Below are positions 20,481-31,653 of a stretch of DNA of 64,000 nucleotides, in pieces. Under the pieces are notes generated by a model, which made no database searches, was not told where the DNA came from, and was given only the letters and a program-made list of their open reading frames with translations. Source of the stretch: Candidatus Latescibacterota bacterium (GTDB lineage Bacteria; Krumholzibacteriota; Krumholzibacteriia; WVZY01); the NCBI GenBank assembly GCA_963791045.1, contig CAWBQK010000009.1, forward strand, positions 64,001 through 128,000, given 5' to 3'. Numbering within the stretch: the first letter of the stretch is position 1; every line of letters begins with the position of its first letter. The translations under genes and the position numbers were made by a program.

Positions 20481-23132
20481 GGGGTTGCCTTTGAGTGCCT
20501 CAGGATCACCGCCTGGTATTTCGGGTTGTCGCGAAGCGGTTCCCATCTCGGATCGATCTTCATGGTGGACGCGCACATAAGGGCCGGAATCGACAATACG
20601 TAATCAATCTTCTCGATCGCCCTGTCGTAATCGCCCACCAGGACATACGTCCACGCAAGAAAAGTTTCGAAATCCGCCCCGCGAATCGCGTCAATCGAGA
20701 CCGGCGTAATCTCGACGGAACGCGTCGCCTCGCGAATCGCGTCCTCCGACCGGCCGAGGACGGCATAGACCGGACCCAGGGCGCTGTGTATGCGGGAGTC
20801 ATCGGGGCGGATGGCCAGCTCCCTCTCGAGGGATGTCCGCGCCGATTCGCTCAGTTCCCGGCTCCTTGCTTCGTCTCCCATCATTGCGCTGGCAAACGCC
20901 GCCGCGGCCGCCGTGGGAATCGCGTGCGATGCATCCTCGAAAAACTCCACTCCGGCCGTCAGCGCGCGATCGCGGGCCGCCTCAAAGTCCTTTTCAAAAA
21001 TCTCCTGCCAGCAAAACAGAAAATCGATCCAGGGCTCCCGTCCGCCGGGAACCGATTCGAGGATTGCGCGTGCCTCGGGAAGATTTCCTGTGTCGACCCA
21101 CACGGTAAGCGCCTTGAATCCGTAACTCCAGATCTGGTCGGGAGCGACGGCGATCGCCCGATCGAATAACTCGAACGCCCTGTCGTAATCGCGCATGAAC
21201 GTGTATGTAATGCCGACCTCCCGAAGCAGCTGAGGATCCCTGGGACTAAGTTCGAGACATGCGTTCAGATGGCTCAACGCCTCCTCCCACCGCCCCTGCC
21301 GGCGCCGGATCCATCCGATGTGCTGAAGGATATCACCCCGGTTGGGCAGCATTTCCCCAACCTTTTCAAATTCTTCGAGAGCACGGTCGTAGTCCCTGTG
21401 GCAATGGTAATAGTAATACCCCATCGCAAGCGTCGCCTCGGGGAGCTCCGGTTGGAGCGCAAGGGCCCGGTCCACGGCGGCCTTGCACTTTTCGACGTGC
21501 TCTTGCGTTCGTTCGGCTCCCATGTTGAAGATCTGCGAATGCGCGATGGCAAGATCGGCCCAGGCGACGGCGAAATGAGGATCGAGTTCGACGGCGCGTT
21601 CGAACATCTCGAGGACGAGACGCCAGAGCCGCAGCGAGTACCCGGCTCTCACCATGTAATCGCGTCCCCGAAGAAACGCCTGATACGCTTCCATGTTCGC
21701 CGTCGGCTTCGCGTCGATCGCAGCGCGTTCGGGCTCGAGCAGGGTCACATTGAGTTGCTCCGTGACCTGTATCGCTATCTCGGATTGAACGTCAAAAATG
21801 TCCTCAAGAACGCGGTCGTACTGGTCCGTCCACAGATGCGTATCATCCGACACGCGGATAAGCTGCGGCGTCACCCGCACGCGGCTTTCGCCGTCACCGG
21901 GGCGGTCCCACCGGACCGTTCCCTCGAGCACATAGTCCACGCCAAGCTCGTCACCAATTTCTTTTATAGACTTGCCCGCGCCTTTGTATTGAATCGCGCT
22001 CGTTCGTGAAATCACACCAAGATCGCGAAGAGACGCCAACCGGCTCGTGATCTCTTCGGTCACGCCGTCGGCAAAATACTCGACCTCCGATGGACCCAGA
22101 TTTTGAAAAGGAAGAACGACGAGCATCGTTCTTTCGGGATGCGTGATCTTGAAGTCCTTATTGTGTTTTTGTTTGAGTGTGAACTGCCAGTTGATGGCGT
22201 AGGTGACGACAACAGCAATAATCGCCACCAAGATGACGCCCGCCCAGCGATCCGTTCTGCGACTTTTGCCCGGCGCGCGGGCGGGCGATTTTGACGATGC
22301 CGTTGACGGACGTTCCAGCCGGGGACTCTCACGATTCAAATCGGCAAAAACTTCGTCAATATTCTGGAAGCGATCGCCCGGCTTCTTTCTCGAGGCATCC
22401 GGCCACAACGGCTTCGAGATCCCCGGGAATGTCGGGACGGCGCGACGACAACGGCTCGGGCTCCTTGTTGAGAATCGAGTACATCACCGCTTGTTCGTGT
22501 TCACCGGAAAACGGAAGCGCCCCCGTCAACATCTCGTACAAAACTACACCGAGCGACCAGATGTCGGCCCGTTGATCAACATCATCTCCGCTCGTTTGTT
22601 CGGGCGCCATATAGGCGGCCGTCCCCACCGTAGTTCCGGCCTTTGTCAACCGGATCTGCCCGGACAGTTTGGCCAGACCAAAATCAAATATCTTGATCTC
22701 GTTGTCTTCGGTGACAAAAATATTGGCCGGTTTGATGTCACGGTGAACGATTTCGCCCGCATGCGCTTTGGCAAGACCTCGCGCAATCTGGCTGGCGATT
22801 TCGACGGCCTCGTCGACGTCGAGCGGCCCTCTGTCGATTCGTTCTTTCAGCGTCTCCCCCTTATAACAGGCCATACTGATAAACATCTGGCCGTCATCGG
22901 TCTCATTGATTTCATAAACGGTGCAGATATTATTGTGGTCCAGTGCAGAGGCCGCCTGGGCTTCCTGGATAAACCGTTCCTTGGCTTCCGCGTCACGAGT
23001 GAGTTCGGGGGGGAGAAACTTGAGGGCGACAATTCGCTTTAATTTGAGATCCTCGGCTTTATAGACGACACCCATGCCGCCCTCGCCGAGTTTCTCGAGG
23101 ATCTTGTAGTGCGATACGGTTTTACCGATCAT
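20477..23132 (-). CDS. Ser/Thr kinase + TM + TolB-like + TPR protein (one +1 frameshift near 22387)
   Basis: HRDIKPAN, DFG and MAPE in 22356..23132; TM helix, LVVLPFQN, GVISRTSA and TPRs in 20477..22408; removing one A joins CLEK-KPGDRFQ. Confidence 0.85.
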
Positions 23133-23250
23133 GGCTCCCCTTCGAGAGACCGGCGCACCGCTACTAGCTACAAGATGTGTTTACAAAGATGGGGTGCTGC
23201 ACCATAACCTTTTCGATCACGCCCCTGCGAACAACAGGGGATTCAACGCG

Positions 23251-26200
23251 TCACATGCTCCGCCTATACTGCCCGCCGACATCAAAGAGCGCGGCGGTCA
23301 CCTGGCCGATAGAGCAATACTTGCACGCTTCCATTAGTTTCTCGAAGATGTTTTTGTTCTGTATGGCGGCGAGCTGAACCGCCCGCAAGGATTCATCCAC
23401 CTCAGTTTTATTTCTCGCATTCAAGGCTACGGTGGTATTGATCTGCTGTTTTTTCTCTTCTTCGGTGGACCGAATGACTTCCTGCGGAAGGACAGTCGGC
23501 GACCCTTTCGAATTGAGAAACGTATTCACGCCAACAATCGGATACTCGCCGGTGTGCTTGAGCGTTTCGTAGTAGAGGCTCTCCTCCTGGATCTTGCCCC
23601 GCTGGTACATCGTTTCCATCGCGCCCAACACGCCGCCGCGCTCGGTGATACGATCGAACTCGGCGAGAACGGCCTCCTCGACCAGATCGGTGAGTTCCTC
23701 GATGATAAAGGATCCCTGCATGGGGTTCTCGTTTTTGGCCAGACCCAACTCGCGGTTTATAATCAGCTGTATCGCAATCGCGCGGCGAACCGACTCTTCG
23801 GTCGGCGTGGTGATCGCCTCATCGTATGCGTTCGTGTGGAGCGAGTTGCAGTTGTCGTAGATCGCGTAGAGCCCCTGGAGTGTCGTACGTATATCGTTGA
23901 AATCAATTTCCTGCGCATGGAGCGACCGGCCCGAAGTCTGGATGTGATATTTGAGCATTTGCGCGCGTCGAATTCGCGCCGTACTTGTTCTTCATCGCCT
24001 TGGACCAGATCCGCCTCGCAACGCGTCCAATCACCGCGTACTCGGCATCGATCCCGTTCGAGAAGAAGAACGACAAGTTGGGACCAAAGTCGTTGATATC
24101 CATCCCGCGGCTCAGGTAATACTCGACGTACGTAAAACCGTTGGCGAGCGTGAACGCAAGCTGCGTGATCGGGTTCGCCCCCGCCTCGGCGATATGGTAA
24201 CCCGATATCGACACCGAGTAAAAATTGCGGACGTTGTTGGTGACAAAGAATGACTGAACGTCCCCCATCATCCTCAGCGCGAACTCCGTCGAGAAAATAC
24301 ACGTGTTCTGCGCCTGATCTTCCTTGAGGATGTCCGCCTGAACGGTTCCTCTGACCTCGTTGAGCGTCCGTTTTTTGATCTTCGCATAAACATCGGCGGG
24401 CAGGACCTGATCGCCCGTTACGCCGAGGAGCATCAATCCGAGTCCATCATTCCCCTCGGGCAGCGCTCCGTGATACCGAGGGCGTTCGGCGCCCTTTTTC
24501 GCAAAAATATCTTTTATCTTCTTTTCAACTTCGTTCTCGAGTCCTTTCTCTTTTATGTGCAGCTCGCACTGCTGATCGATCGCCGCGTTCAAAAAGAACC
24601 CCAGCATCATCGGGCCCGGACCGTTGATCGTCATCGACACGGACGTCTTGGGATCGGCGAGGTTGAACCCCGAGTAGAGCTTCTTCGCGTCGTCGAGACA
24701 ACACACCGACACGCCGGAATTACCGATCTTTCCATAGATATCGGGCCGGAAGTCGGGATCCCGCCCGTAGAGGGTCACCGAATCGAACGCCGTCGACAAC
24801 CGCTTGGCCGGCATTCCCATGCTCACATAATGAAACCGCCGGTTGGTCCGTTCGGGCGGTCCCTCACCGGCGAACATCCGCGTGGGATCCTCCCCTTCGC
24901 GCTTGAACGGGAAAAGCCCCGCCGTGTACGGAAACTCGCCGGGCACGTTCTCCCGGAGACGCCATTTGAGAACGTCGCCCCACGCATCGTACCTGGGAAA
25001 CGCCACCTTGGGCACCATCGTGTGCGACAAGCTTTCCGACTGGGTCTCGATGGCAAGTTCGCGGTCTCTGACCTGGAACTTGAACACTTTCTGTTTATAC
25101 TTTTTCTTTAGTTTTTTCCACGCGTCGAGAAGCTTCTTGTTTTCCGGATCGAGACGCGCCTCGACTTCCTTGAACGACTTCTTGAGATCCTTAATGATCT
25201 CTTCGTTCACCTTGCCGTCACCTTCCTCGAGCGTTTCGATCGACATCTTCAACGCGTACAGTTTCTGCGCGATCTCACCCTGTTCTTCCGCCCACTCATC
25301 GTAGGCTCTGTTGTTCTCGGCAATCTCCGACAGGTACCTCGTCCTGTGCGGCGGAATGATATAGACCTTTTCGGACATTTCGTCGGTCACTTTAAAACTC
25401 GAGACGAGATCCGCCCCCGTCTTTTTGACGAGTTCGTGCATGATCTCGACATAGAGTTCGTTCATCCCCGGATCGTTGAACTGCGAGGCAATGGTTCCGT
25501 ACACGGGGAGATCGGCATCTTTGGTCTCCCACAAGTTGTGATTGCGTTTGAACTGCTTTTTCACATCGCGGAGCGCATCGGCGGCTCCGCGTTTGTCAAA
25601 CTTGTTGAGCGCTATGATGTCGGCGAAGTCGAGCATCTGAATTTTCTCGAGCTGTGTCGCCGCGCCGTACTCCGGAGTCATCACATAAAGGCTTAAGTCC
25701 GCATGCTCGCTGATATCGGCGTCCGATTGCCCGATCCCCGAGGTTTCAACAATAATGAAATCATACTCCGCCGCCTTGAGAACATTGACGGCATCCTCGA
25801 CATGAGATGAGAGCGCGCGGTTGGACTGCCGCGTGGCGAGCGAACGCATAAAGACACGATCGTTGTAAACGGCGTTCATACGAATGCGGTCGCCGAGAAG
25901 CGCGCCGCCGGTTTTCTTGCGCGACGGGTCGACCGATACGATGGCCATCGCCTTGTCTTTGAAATCGATCAGAAAACGGCGGACGAGTTCGTCTATCACG
26001 GAGGACTTGCCTGCGCCGCCGGGTCCCGTGACGCCAAGAACCGGCGTCCGAACGCTGCCGGCGAGTTCGCGAACCTCGGCCATATCTTTCTTACATACCT
26101 TGGGAAAGTTCTCCGCGGCGGAGATCAGACGGGCGATCGAAAAGGTGTCCTTTTCCTTGAGCTTGCCCACATTGCCATTGAGATTGGCGCCTACCGGGAA

Positions 26201-26680
26201 ATCGCTTTTCTCCACCACATCGTTGATCATTCCCTGAAGCCCCATGGCACGCCCGTCATCGGGTGAATAGATCCGCTCGATCCCGTAATCGTGGAGCTCA
26301 TCCATCTCCTCTGGAAGAATCACTCCACCCCCACCGCCGAATATCTTTATGTGATCGGCGCCGCGCTCTTTCAAGAGGTCATGCATGTATTTGAAAAACT
26401 CGATGTGCCCGCCCTGGTACGATGTAATCGCGATGGACTGAGCATCTTCCTGGACGGCGCAATCCACGATGTCACCGACACTGCGATCGTGACCCAGATG
26501 GATGACTTCGACTCCGGTGGACTGGAGAATCCGGCGCATGATATTTATCGCCGCATCGTGCCCGTCAAAGAGCGATGCCGCGGTAACGATTCTCACGTGG
26601 TTTTTGGGTTTGTATGGTTTAATTTCTCGCATGCTTGTCTTCGTCCCCATTGTTTTGTCCGCACTTCTGTTTTTAGACAC
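23251..26680 (-). CDS. icmF: Fused isobutyryl-CoA mutase/GTPase IcmF (one +1 frameshift near 23968)
   Basis: B12-binding [16 protein letters not shown], MeaB GTPase GPGGAGKSS and NKFD, mutase motifs [13 protein letters not shown] and [14 protein letters not shown]. Confidence 0.92.
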
Positions 26681-26912
26681 ACCACCCCATCCCCGGACAC
26701 GTCCAATTCGTCCCGTCCGCGTGGATCGAGGCTAACTTGTCGATCTTTCCCAGTTTACAGGAAAACACCGCGTACGGGCAACCCTCAGCGGCACAACAAT
26801 AGGCGGGGAGAAGGATATGGGGGACAGCCGACAGGCCACAATATATTGTGGCCCGCCTTGGCGATAACCACTTTATATGGGGTGACAACCACCGTGCGAC
26901 AAAAACCCTGGT

Positions 26913-27464
26913 CTATTTCCCCGGCGGGAAATTGCCGAGAATAATGTCAACGGCCTTGGTGATCCGCTCGTTTTTCTTCTCGGGATCCTGGGTGGGTTTG
27001 ACCTCGGCTTCGACCGACCCTTTCCATGCAAGCTGTTTGGAGGCAGCGTCGAAGATATTGATCTCGAGGAATCCCTGCCGCCATTCATATGAGTACGTGT
27101 ACGACCAGTCAAATTCCGTATACGGAAAGTCTTTGTACGCATCCGTTGTCTGGGTCATGGTCATTTCGTCTTTGACTACGCCATGATACATAACGAGGAA
27201 GTCGGGGTCTTCGGTGTTCCGCTTATAACCTCTTGCGGTGAGGTGTTTATCGATGGCGTTGAGAATACGGGCATGGGTAAACCCATCCACCGGACCTGCA
27301 TCCACCGCCCTGTCCGCCGGCTCGGGCAGCCAGTTCCAGGACTGGTATTGGGCAAACTCCACGGTGGGGTCATAGTCCGAATGCTTCTGCACACTCGAGC
27401 ATCCGGCAAGGACGACCGGCGCGAGAATGACCACCGCGGCAAACATTACAAATAGATTTTTCAT
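26913..27464 (-). CDS. DUF4136 lipoprotein (paralog 1)
   Basis: Lipobox LAGC, DYDP, PDFLVMYH, QGFLEINIFD..LAWKG, C-terminal FPP. Confidence 0.85.
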   Translation of the reverse strand: MKNLFVMFAAVVILAPVVLAGCSSVQKHSDYDPTVEFAQYQSWNWLPEPADRAVDAGPVDGFTHARILNAIDKHLTARGYKRNTEDPDFLVMYHGVVKDEMTMTQTTDAYKDFPYTEFDWSYTYSYEWRQGFLEINIFDAASKQLAWKGSVEAEVKPTQDPEKKNERITKAVDIILGNFPPGK

Positions 27465-27522
27465 ATTCGAGTCACCTTGTCCCGTTGTTGAATCGCGCAC
27501 GGCCGATCGTTGCGAGCGCCCG

Positions 27523-28248
27523 TTACAAGAAAAATGTCATCCCAAAACCCAACCCCGACTGAATGAGATCGTACTTAAAAAGATCGTCGCCGCTGCCCGT
27601 CGAGTAGTTGACGCCCCACGCTCTGTATCCGACGAAGAACGCGACATTGACCGCGAAGTAGTCGACACCAACAAATGCATTCCAGGAGAAATCAGATCCC
27701 ACGCCGAACCCGCCGACATCACCGCGCAAAATAAATCGTGTGTTCTCGACAAATTCGTATGCGTAGCGCGCGCCGACGATCGGATCGATCCAATTCTCGC
27801 TTCCGCTGGACTCGGGCTCTCCTTCTTCGGTTCGATCAATAGCAACATCCATGTACCGAACCCCACCGAGAACCTCGAATCCGTAATCCATGTGATACGC
27901 CGCCCCCCCTTCCAACCGCCACGAGTTCATCTCCGTCCGGGTCGTATCTTCTTCATGATCGTTCCGCGTCAACTTGAAATCGAGAAGCAAAGATAAGTTG
28001 CGTTTCTTGCCCTCAACATGAAAATTCATGCTCCACGATCTGAGATTCCACATGTCACTGGCGCTGTAATCGATCGATTCACGCTGACCATCAACCGCGA
28101 CATCACCGCTGAGCGCAGCCATCCAGAAGTACGGCGAAAACTCGATGTTCCACCTGTTCCTGCTGTGCGGCCTTTGCGAAAAGGCGTCTGTGACACCGGA
28201 GACGAGCAGCAACGGAACCAGAAGCAGGACGACTATTATATGTTTCAT
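27523..28248 (-). CDS. Outer-membrane beta-barrel protein
   Basis: Signal peptide; SPYFWM, WIDPIVGAR, RGDVGGFGVGS and GYRA motifs; terminal FFL. Confidence 0.8.
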   Translation of the reverse strand: MKHIIVVLLLVPLLLVSGVTDAFSQRPHSRNRWNIEFSPYFWMAALSGDVAVDGQRESIDYSASDMWNLRSWSMNFHVEGKKRNLSLLLDFKLTRNDHEEDTTRTEMNSWRLEGGAAYHMDYGFEVLGGVRYMDVAIDRTEEGEPESSGSENWIDPIVGARYAYEFVENTRFILRGDVGGFGVGSDFSWNAFVGVDYFAVNVAFFVGYRAWGVNYSTGSGDDLFKYDLIQSGLGFGMTFFL

Positions 28249-28329
28249 CGATTGAGCTCCAGATTAAGGTTCGCCGGCAATACTATCAAAGCCGCCGTTG
28301 CGGCGAGAACGAAACCACGGCCGCAGCTA

Positions 28330-30630
28330 CTAGCGTTTCTTTCTTGACCCGCCCGACCCGCCGGATCGCTGCCTTGGCTGAGAACTACTGGATTGCTGTC
28401 TTGACTGCGAACTCTGCCGGTAACTCTGGGTGTTCGCCGTTCCACGCTGACGTGAGTTGTGCTGCTTGTTCAGATCTTGTTGCTTCCGCTGAGTCTGTGA
28501 CTTGTCGCGGCTTGACGGCTGCTGCTTGTCCATCGACGACCACCCGTTCTTGTTGTTCTGTTCCCACCCCTTGTCTGTCTTTCGATAGACATTGCCGCTC
28601 TTGTCCGAGTAGACATTGTTCTGCCGGCTCGAAGCTCCGCCCAGTTGTTGACTGGATCTGTTTTGGGTTCCCTTCTGGTTCGCCGTCGCCGTCCGCGGCT
28701 GTTTTCCGGCCGCGGGTTGGGTCGACGCTCCCTTACGGTTCGCAGTGGTCGTTCGCGCCCGCTCACCGGTGTTGCGCACGCCGTCTCGTTGTTTGTACAG
28801 GTTTGGCGAAGGCTGCCTTTGCCCGGCGCGATACCCAGCGGCATACCCCGCGCTGGCCCCTTGCCGGTAACCATGATGATAACCGTGGTGATATCCGTGA
28901 CGATACCCATGACGGTACCCGGTCGGGCCCCAATATCCCCTGTAAGGACTGCCGAACCCTACGTGAAACCATCCGTAGCTCATCCCGTAGCTGAAACCCC
29001 ACCCCGTCCAAGGGTTGTAGTGAACGCGAAACCCGTAGGTGACCGGGCGCGGATAATAATAGTGGCCGTACCAGGGTCTGTACCAGTACCCCGTTCCATA
29101 CACGACGCAGCCGCCGTACGCATAGGACCCGTAATAACCCGGCGTGTACCCCACGTACACGACGTCCGGCGTCGAGTCGTACACGTACACGTACTTTACA
29201 TTGTAGACGGGCTCACTCGGTGGAATCGACTGCACGTCGTCGGGAACGCTCACGCATACCACCCACGGCCCCGTCGCATTGGCCGATTCGAACCATACGG
29301 CGTTGTCACAGCAGTAGTACTTACCATCGATATGAAGCACCGACTTGCCCGTGTTCACCGCGTAGGACACGTTCGTGTCCTCTATCCTCTTGAACTCCGG
29401 ATTGCCGTCGTAGGTAACTTCAACGGTCGCGGTTTTACGGTCGACCGTCGCCGTTTGTGGAATTTGGTTTTCGAGAGCCGCATCGCGGGCTTCCTGAGTG
29501 CCGGCCACACTGGCAAGTACCGATTCCATATCGGACCCGGCCGGAATATTCGGGAAATCTTTTGGCAAGCTGTCGGGGGATACAAAAGTCCACTCGGCGC
29601 CGGTAAGTGATTTCGATGTATACCATCGGCCCGAAATCAACACGTAGTAAGTCTGGGACCCGATATCCATGATGATGTCGTTCTCGGTGTTTTTCATGTA
29701 CAAGAGTTCTGTGCCCTCGACGGACGCATACTCGGGCGCGCCATCCGACATCAGCAGCTCGGTGGGTTCGGTGGCAACAACAACCTGTGGAATCACGGGT
29801 TCCGCCGGTTCTTCGGTTTCCGCTTCTTCGGGATCCACAGGCGCCTCGGCTTCGTCTTCGGGGGGCGCTTCCTCGACATGATCTTTGGCCAGGTCGACGA
29901 CCTCTTTCGGCGGATCATCGATCGTCTGCCAACCGCTCATCACATCTTTGGACGTGTACCAGTACTCGCCGCCCTTGAGAAAGAAGCGTTTCGACGCCGG
30001 GTCCTCGACAACAAAGAAGGGGGTATTCACGAGATATTTATATTTCGAACCTTCAATCTCGTCAAAAATCGGATCGCCGTCGATCATCACGAGAACCGCG
30101 ATGTGATCCGTGTACAGAATCTTCGGTGGTTCATTATTTATTTGTTCCGATAAAGTCTTCTCCTGCTCGACCAGGTCCATCTCGGCAAGAAGCCGGTCAA
30201 GCGAGAAGGAGAGATCGGCCTTGGCAAAGGAATCTTCGATAATAGCCACCAACTGCGCGGATTGTGCTTCATCAAGCGTGGGAAATTTGATCGCGTCGAT
30301 TTTGAGCTCGAGGAGATCGACCATTCTTGTTTCGAAGTCCGTCGACACACGAGAGTCGAACCACACGGCGCCGAACACCGGCTCGGCATTCTCCGTTTCT
30401 TTGACCATCACCGCCGAACGACTCATGATTTTGTCGGATTCGAACGACTCGAGCTGGGGCTGATAGACCACCACAGTCGCCATGCCCGCTTGTATCTCGC
30501 GGGGCCAGTCCATGTACTTGCCCTCGTCGGCGGCATCCTGGGACAGAGCGATCGCCACGGTGGACAAGACCACGGCGGCCGTCAAAGCGATTGTCGCCCA
30601 TACTCTGCATATCTCCGAGATCGATCTCAT
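28330..30630 (-). CDS. Large secreted protein (family often labelled 'carbohydrate-binding family V/XII') with Gly/Tyr-rich and basic disordered tail
   Basis: WPR..VYQPQ, PVFGAVW, VYVGYTPGY.G..VYGTG motifs, GYRH repeats, NNVYSDKSGNVYR. Confidence 0.7.
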   Translation of the reverse strand: MRSISEICRVWATIALTAAVVLSTVAIALSQDAADEGKYMDWPREIQAGMATVVVYQPQLESFESDKIMSRSAVMVKETENAEPVFGAVWFDSRVSTDFETRMVDLLELKIDAIKFPTLDEAQSAQLVAIIEDSFAKADLSFSLDRLLAEMDLVEQEKTLSEQINNEPPKILYTDHIAVLVMIDGDPIFDEIEGSKYKYLVNTPFFVVEDPASKRFFLKGGEYWYTSKDVMSGWQTIDDPPKEVVDLAKDHVEEAPPEDEAEAPVDPEEAETEEPAEPVIPQVVVATEPTELLMSDGAPEYASVEGTELLYMKNTENDIIMDIGSQTYYVLISGRWYTSKSLTGAEWTFVSPDSLPKDFPNIPAGSDMESVLASVAGTQEARDAALENQIPQTATVDRKTATVEVTYDGNPEFKRIEDTNVSYAVNTGKSVLHIDGKYYCCDNAVWFESANATGPWVVCVSVPDDVQSIPPSEPVYNVKYVYVYDSTPDVVYVGYTPGYYGSYAYGGCVVYGTGYWYRPWYGHYYYPRPVTYGFRVHYNPWTGWGFSYGMSYGWFHVGFGSPYRGYWGPTGYRHGYRHGYHHGYHHGYRQGASAGYAAGYRAGQRQPSPNLYKQRDGVRNTGERARTTTANRKGASTQPAAGKQPRTATANQKGTQNRSSQQLGGASSRQNNVYSDKSGNVYRKTDKGWEQNNKNGWSSMDKQQPSSRDKSQTQRKQQDLNKQHNSRQRGTANTQSYRQSSQSRQQSSSSQPRQRSGGSGGSRKKR

Positions 30631-30700
30631 TTCAATTGCCTCTTCTGGTTATCGTACCCAATACAAAAACTCAAAAACGTTCATGCAGCCGATTTGTTCA

Positions 30701-31576
30701 TCAAGGCAGCAAGGATTGCCGCGCCGGAATGGCAAGGACCGCGCACGGCGACCTTCTCACCACTTGTTCCGACCGGCTGCCCTTGAGCGCACCGAGAATT
30801 CCTTCCGGCCCTTCGGTTGTCATTAATATCAGGTCGACGGATTCTTGCTCGGCGACCTCGATGACACTTGCGACCGAATCTCCCGACACATCGCGTGTCG
30901 TCCACGCGCACCCCGGCGACTCTGGATGATTGACCTTTGTAATTTCTTTTTTGTCTGAAATGTTGAGCATAATTATTTCGACCGGCGACGACGCGGACAA
31001 ACCGGCGACAAGACCGGCGGTCGTGGCGGCGATCCCCGAGCCGGAGCTATGATCGACGGCGACCAGGATCTTTTTGAGATCAATCCGGCCATCGTCGAGA
31101 GAAACAAAACCGCGGGCAGAACTAGGGACGAAAAGCGTCCTGGTTTCCGAGCCTCGCGCGATCCCCTCGGCCATCGACGGACGTAGCCAGCGGGGCAGGC
31201 CGTCTCGACCCTGTGTCGCCACAACGATGAGATCCGTGGGGTTCTCGTCGATGTAGTCGATCACGGCGGAGAGCGGTCGTCTCTTCTGAAGGCTCACCTT
31301 TTTGACCCGGACATCGAGCTCCCTGAAGATCGCCGTGCGCGATCCGCCGTCTTCGAGCAGACCCCAGCGTTCTAACGTCGCCCGCACCGACGGGAAATTC
31401 GACCATCGTTTTCTTTTATCGCCGACGCCGGCATTGAGCATGGTGAGGCTCGTCTTCTCGTGAAGCGCAATCGCCAGCGCGTGCGCAAATGCCCGTTCGC
31501 TTTCCTCGGAGAAATCGGACGGGTGGAAGATCGATTCGACAAACGGTTTGTGATCGTACGTTTGGCTCACAACCAT
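30701..31576 (-). CDS. Tandem universal stress protein
   Basis: IFHPSDFS, DLIVVATQG, ILVAVDHS, GSRSEQVVRRSPCAVL. Confidence 0.9.
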   Translation of the reverse strand: MVVSQTYDHKPFVESIFHPSDFSEESERAFAHALAIALHEKTSLTMLNAGVGDKRKRWSNFPSVRATLERWGLLEDGGSRTAIFRELDVRVKKVSLQKRRPLSAVIDYIDENPTDLIVVATQGRDGLPRWLRPSMAEGIARGSETRTLFVPSSARGFVSLDDGRIDLKKILVAVDHSSGSGIAATTAGLVAGLSASSPVEIIMLNISDKKEITKVNHPESPGCAWTTRDVSGDSVASVIEVAEQESVDLILMTTEGPEGILGALKGSRSEQVVRRSPCAVLAIPARQSLLP

Positions 31577-31653
31577 AAAATCCTCGACTAATGCAATACC
31601 ACCGCAACTCGCTTCAAATAGAGTATACCCTACTCAACCCAGCCCGCGCCGGG

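Noticed and set aside
20280-20576. 98-aa ORF as a real gene
   Set aside because: It overlaps two real genes; only the internal MIGKTISHYKIL stub is meaningful.
23903-23975. Programmed frameshift or natural split in icmF
   Set aside because: No slippery heptamer is present, and it has the same +1 signature as five nearby lesions.
26681-26912. Cobalamin riboswitch upstream of B12-dependent icmF
   Set aside because: No B12-box or conserved core recognisable by eye; an Rfam scan would be needed to exclude it fully.
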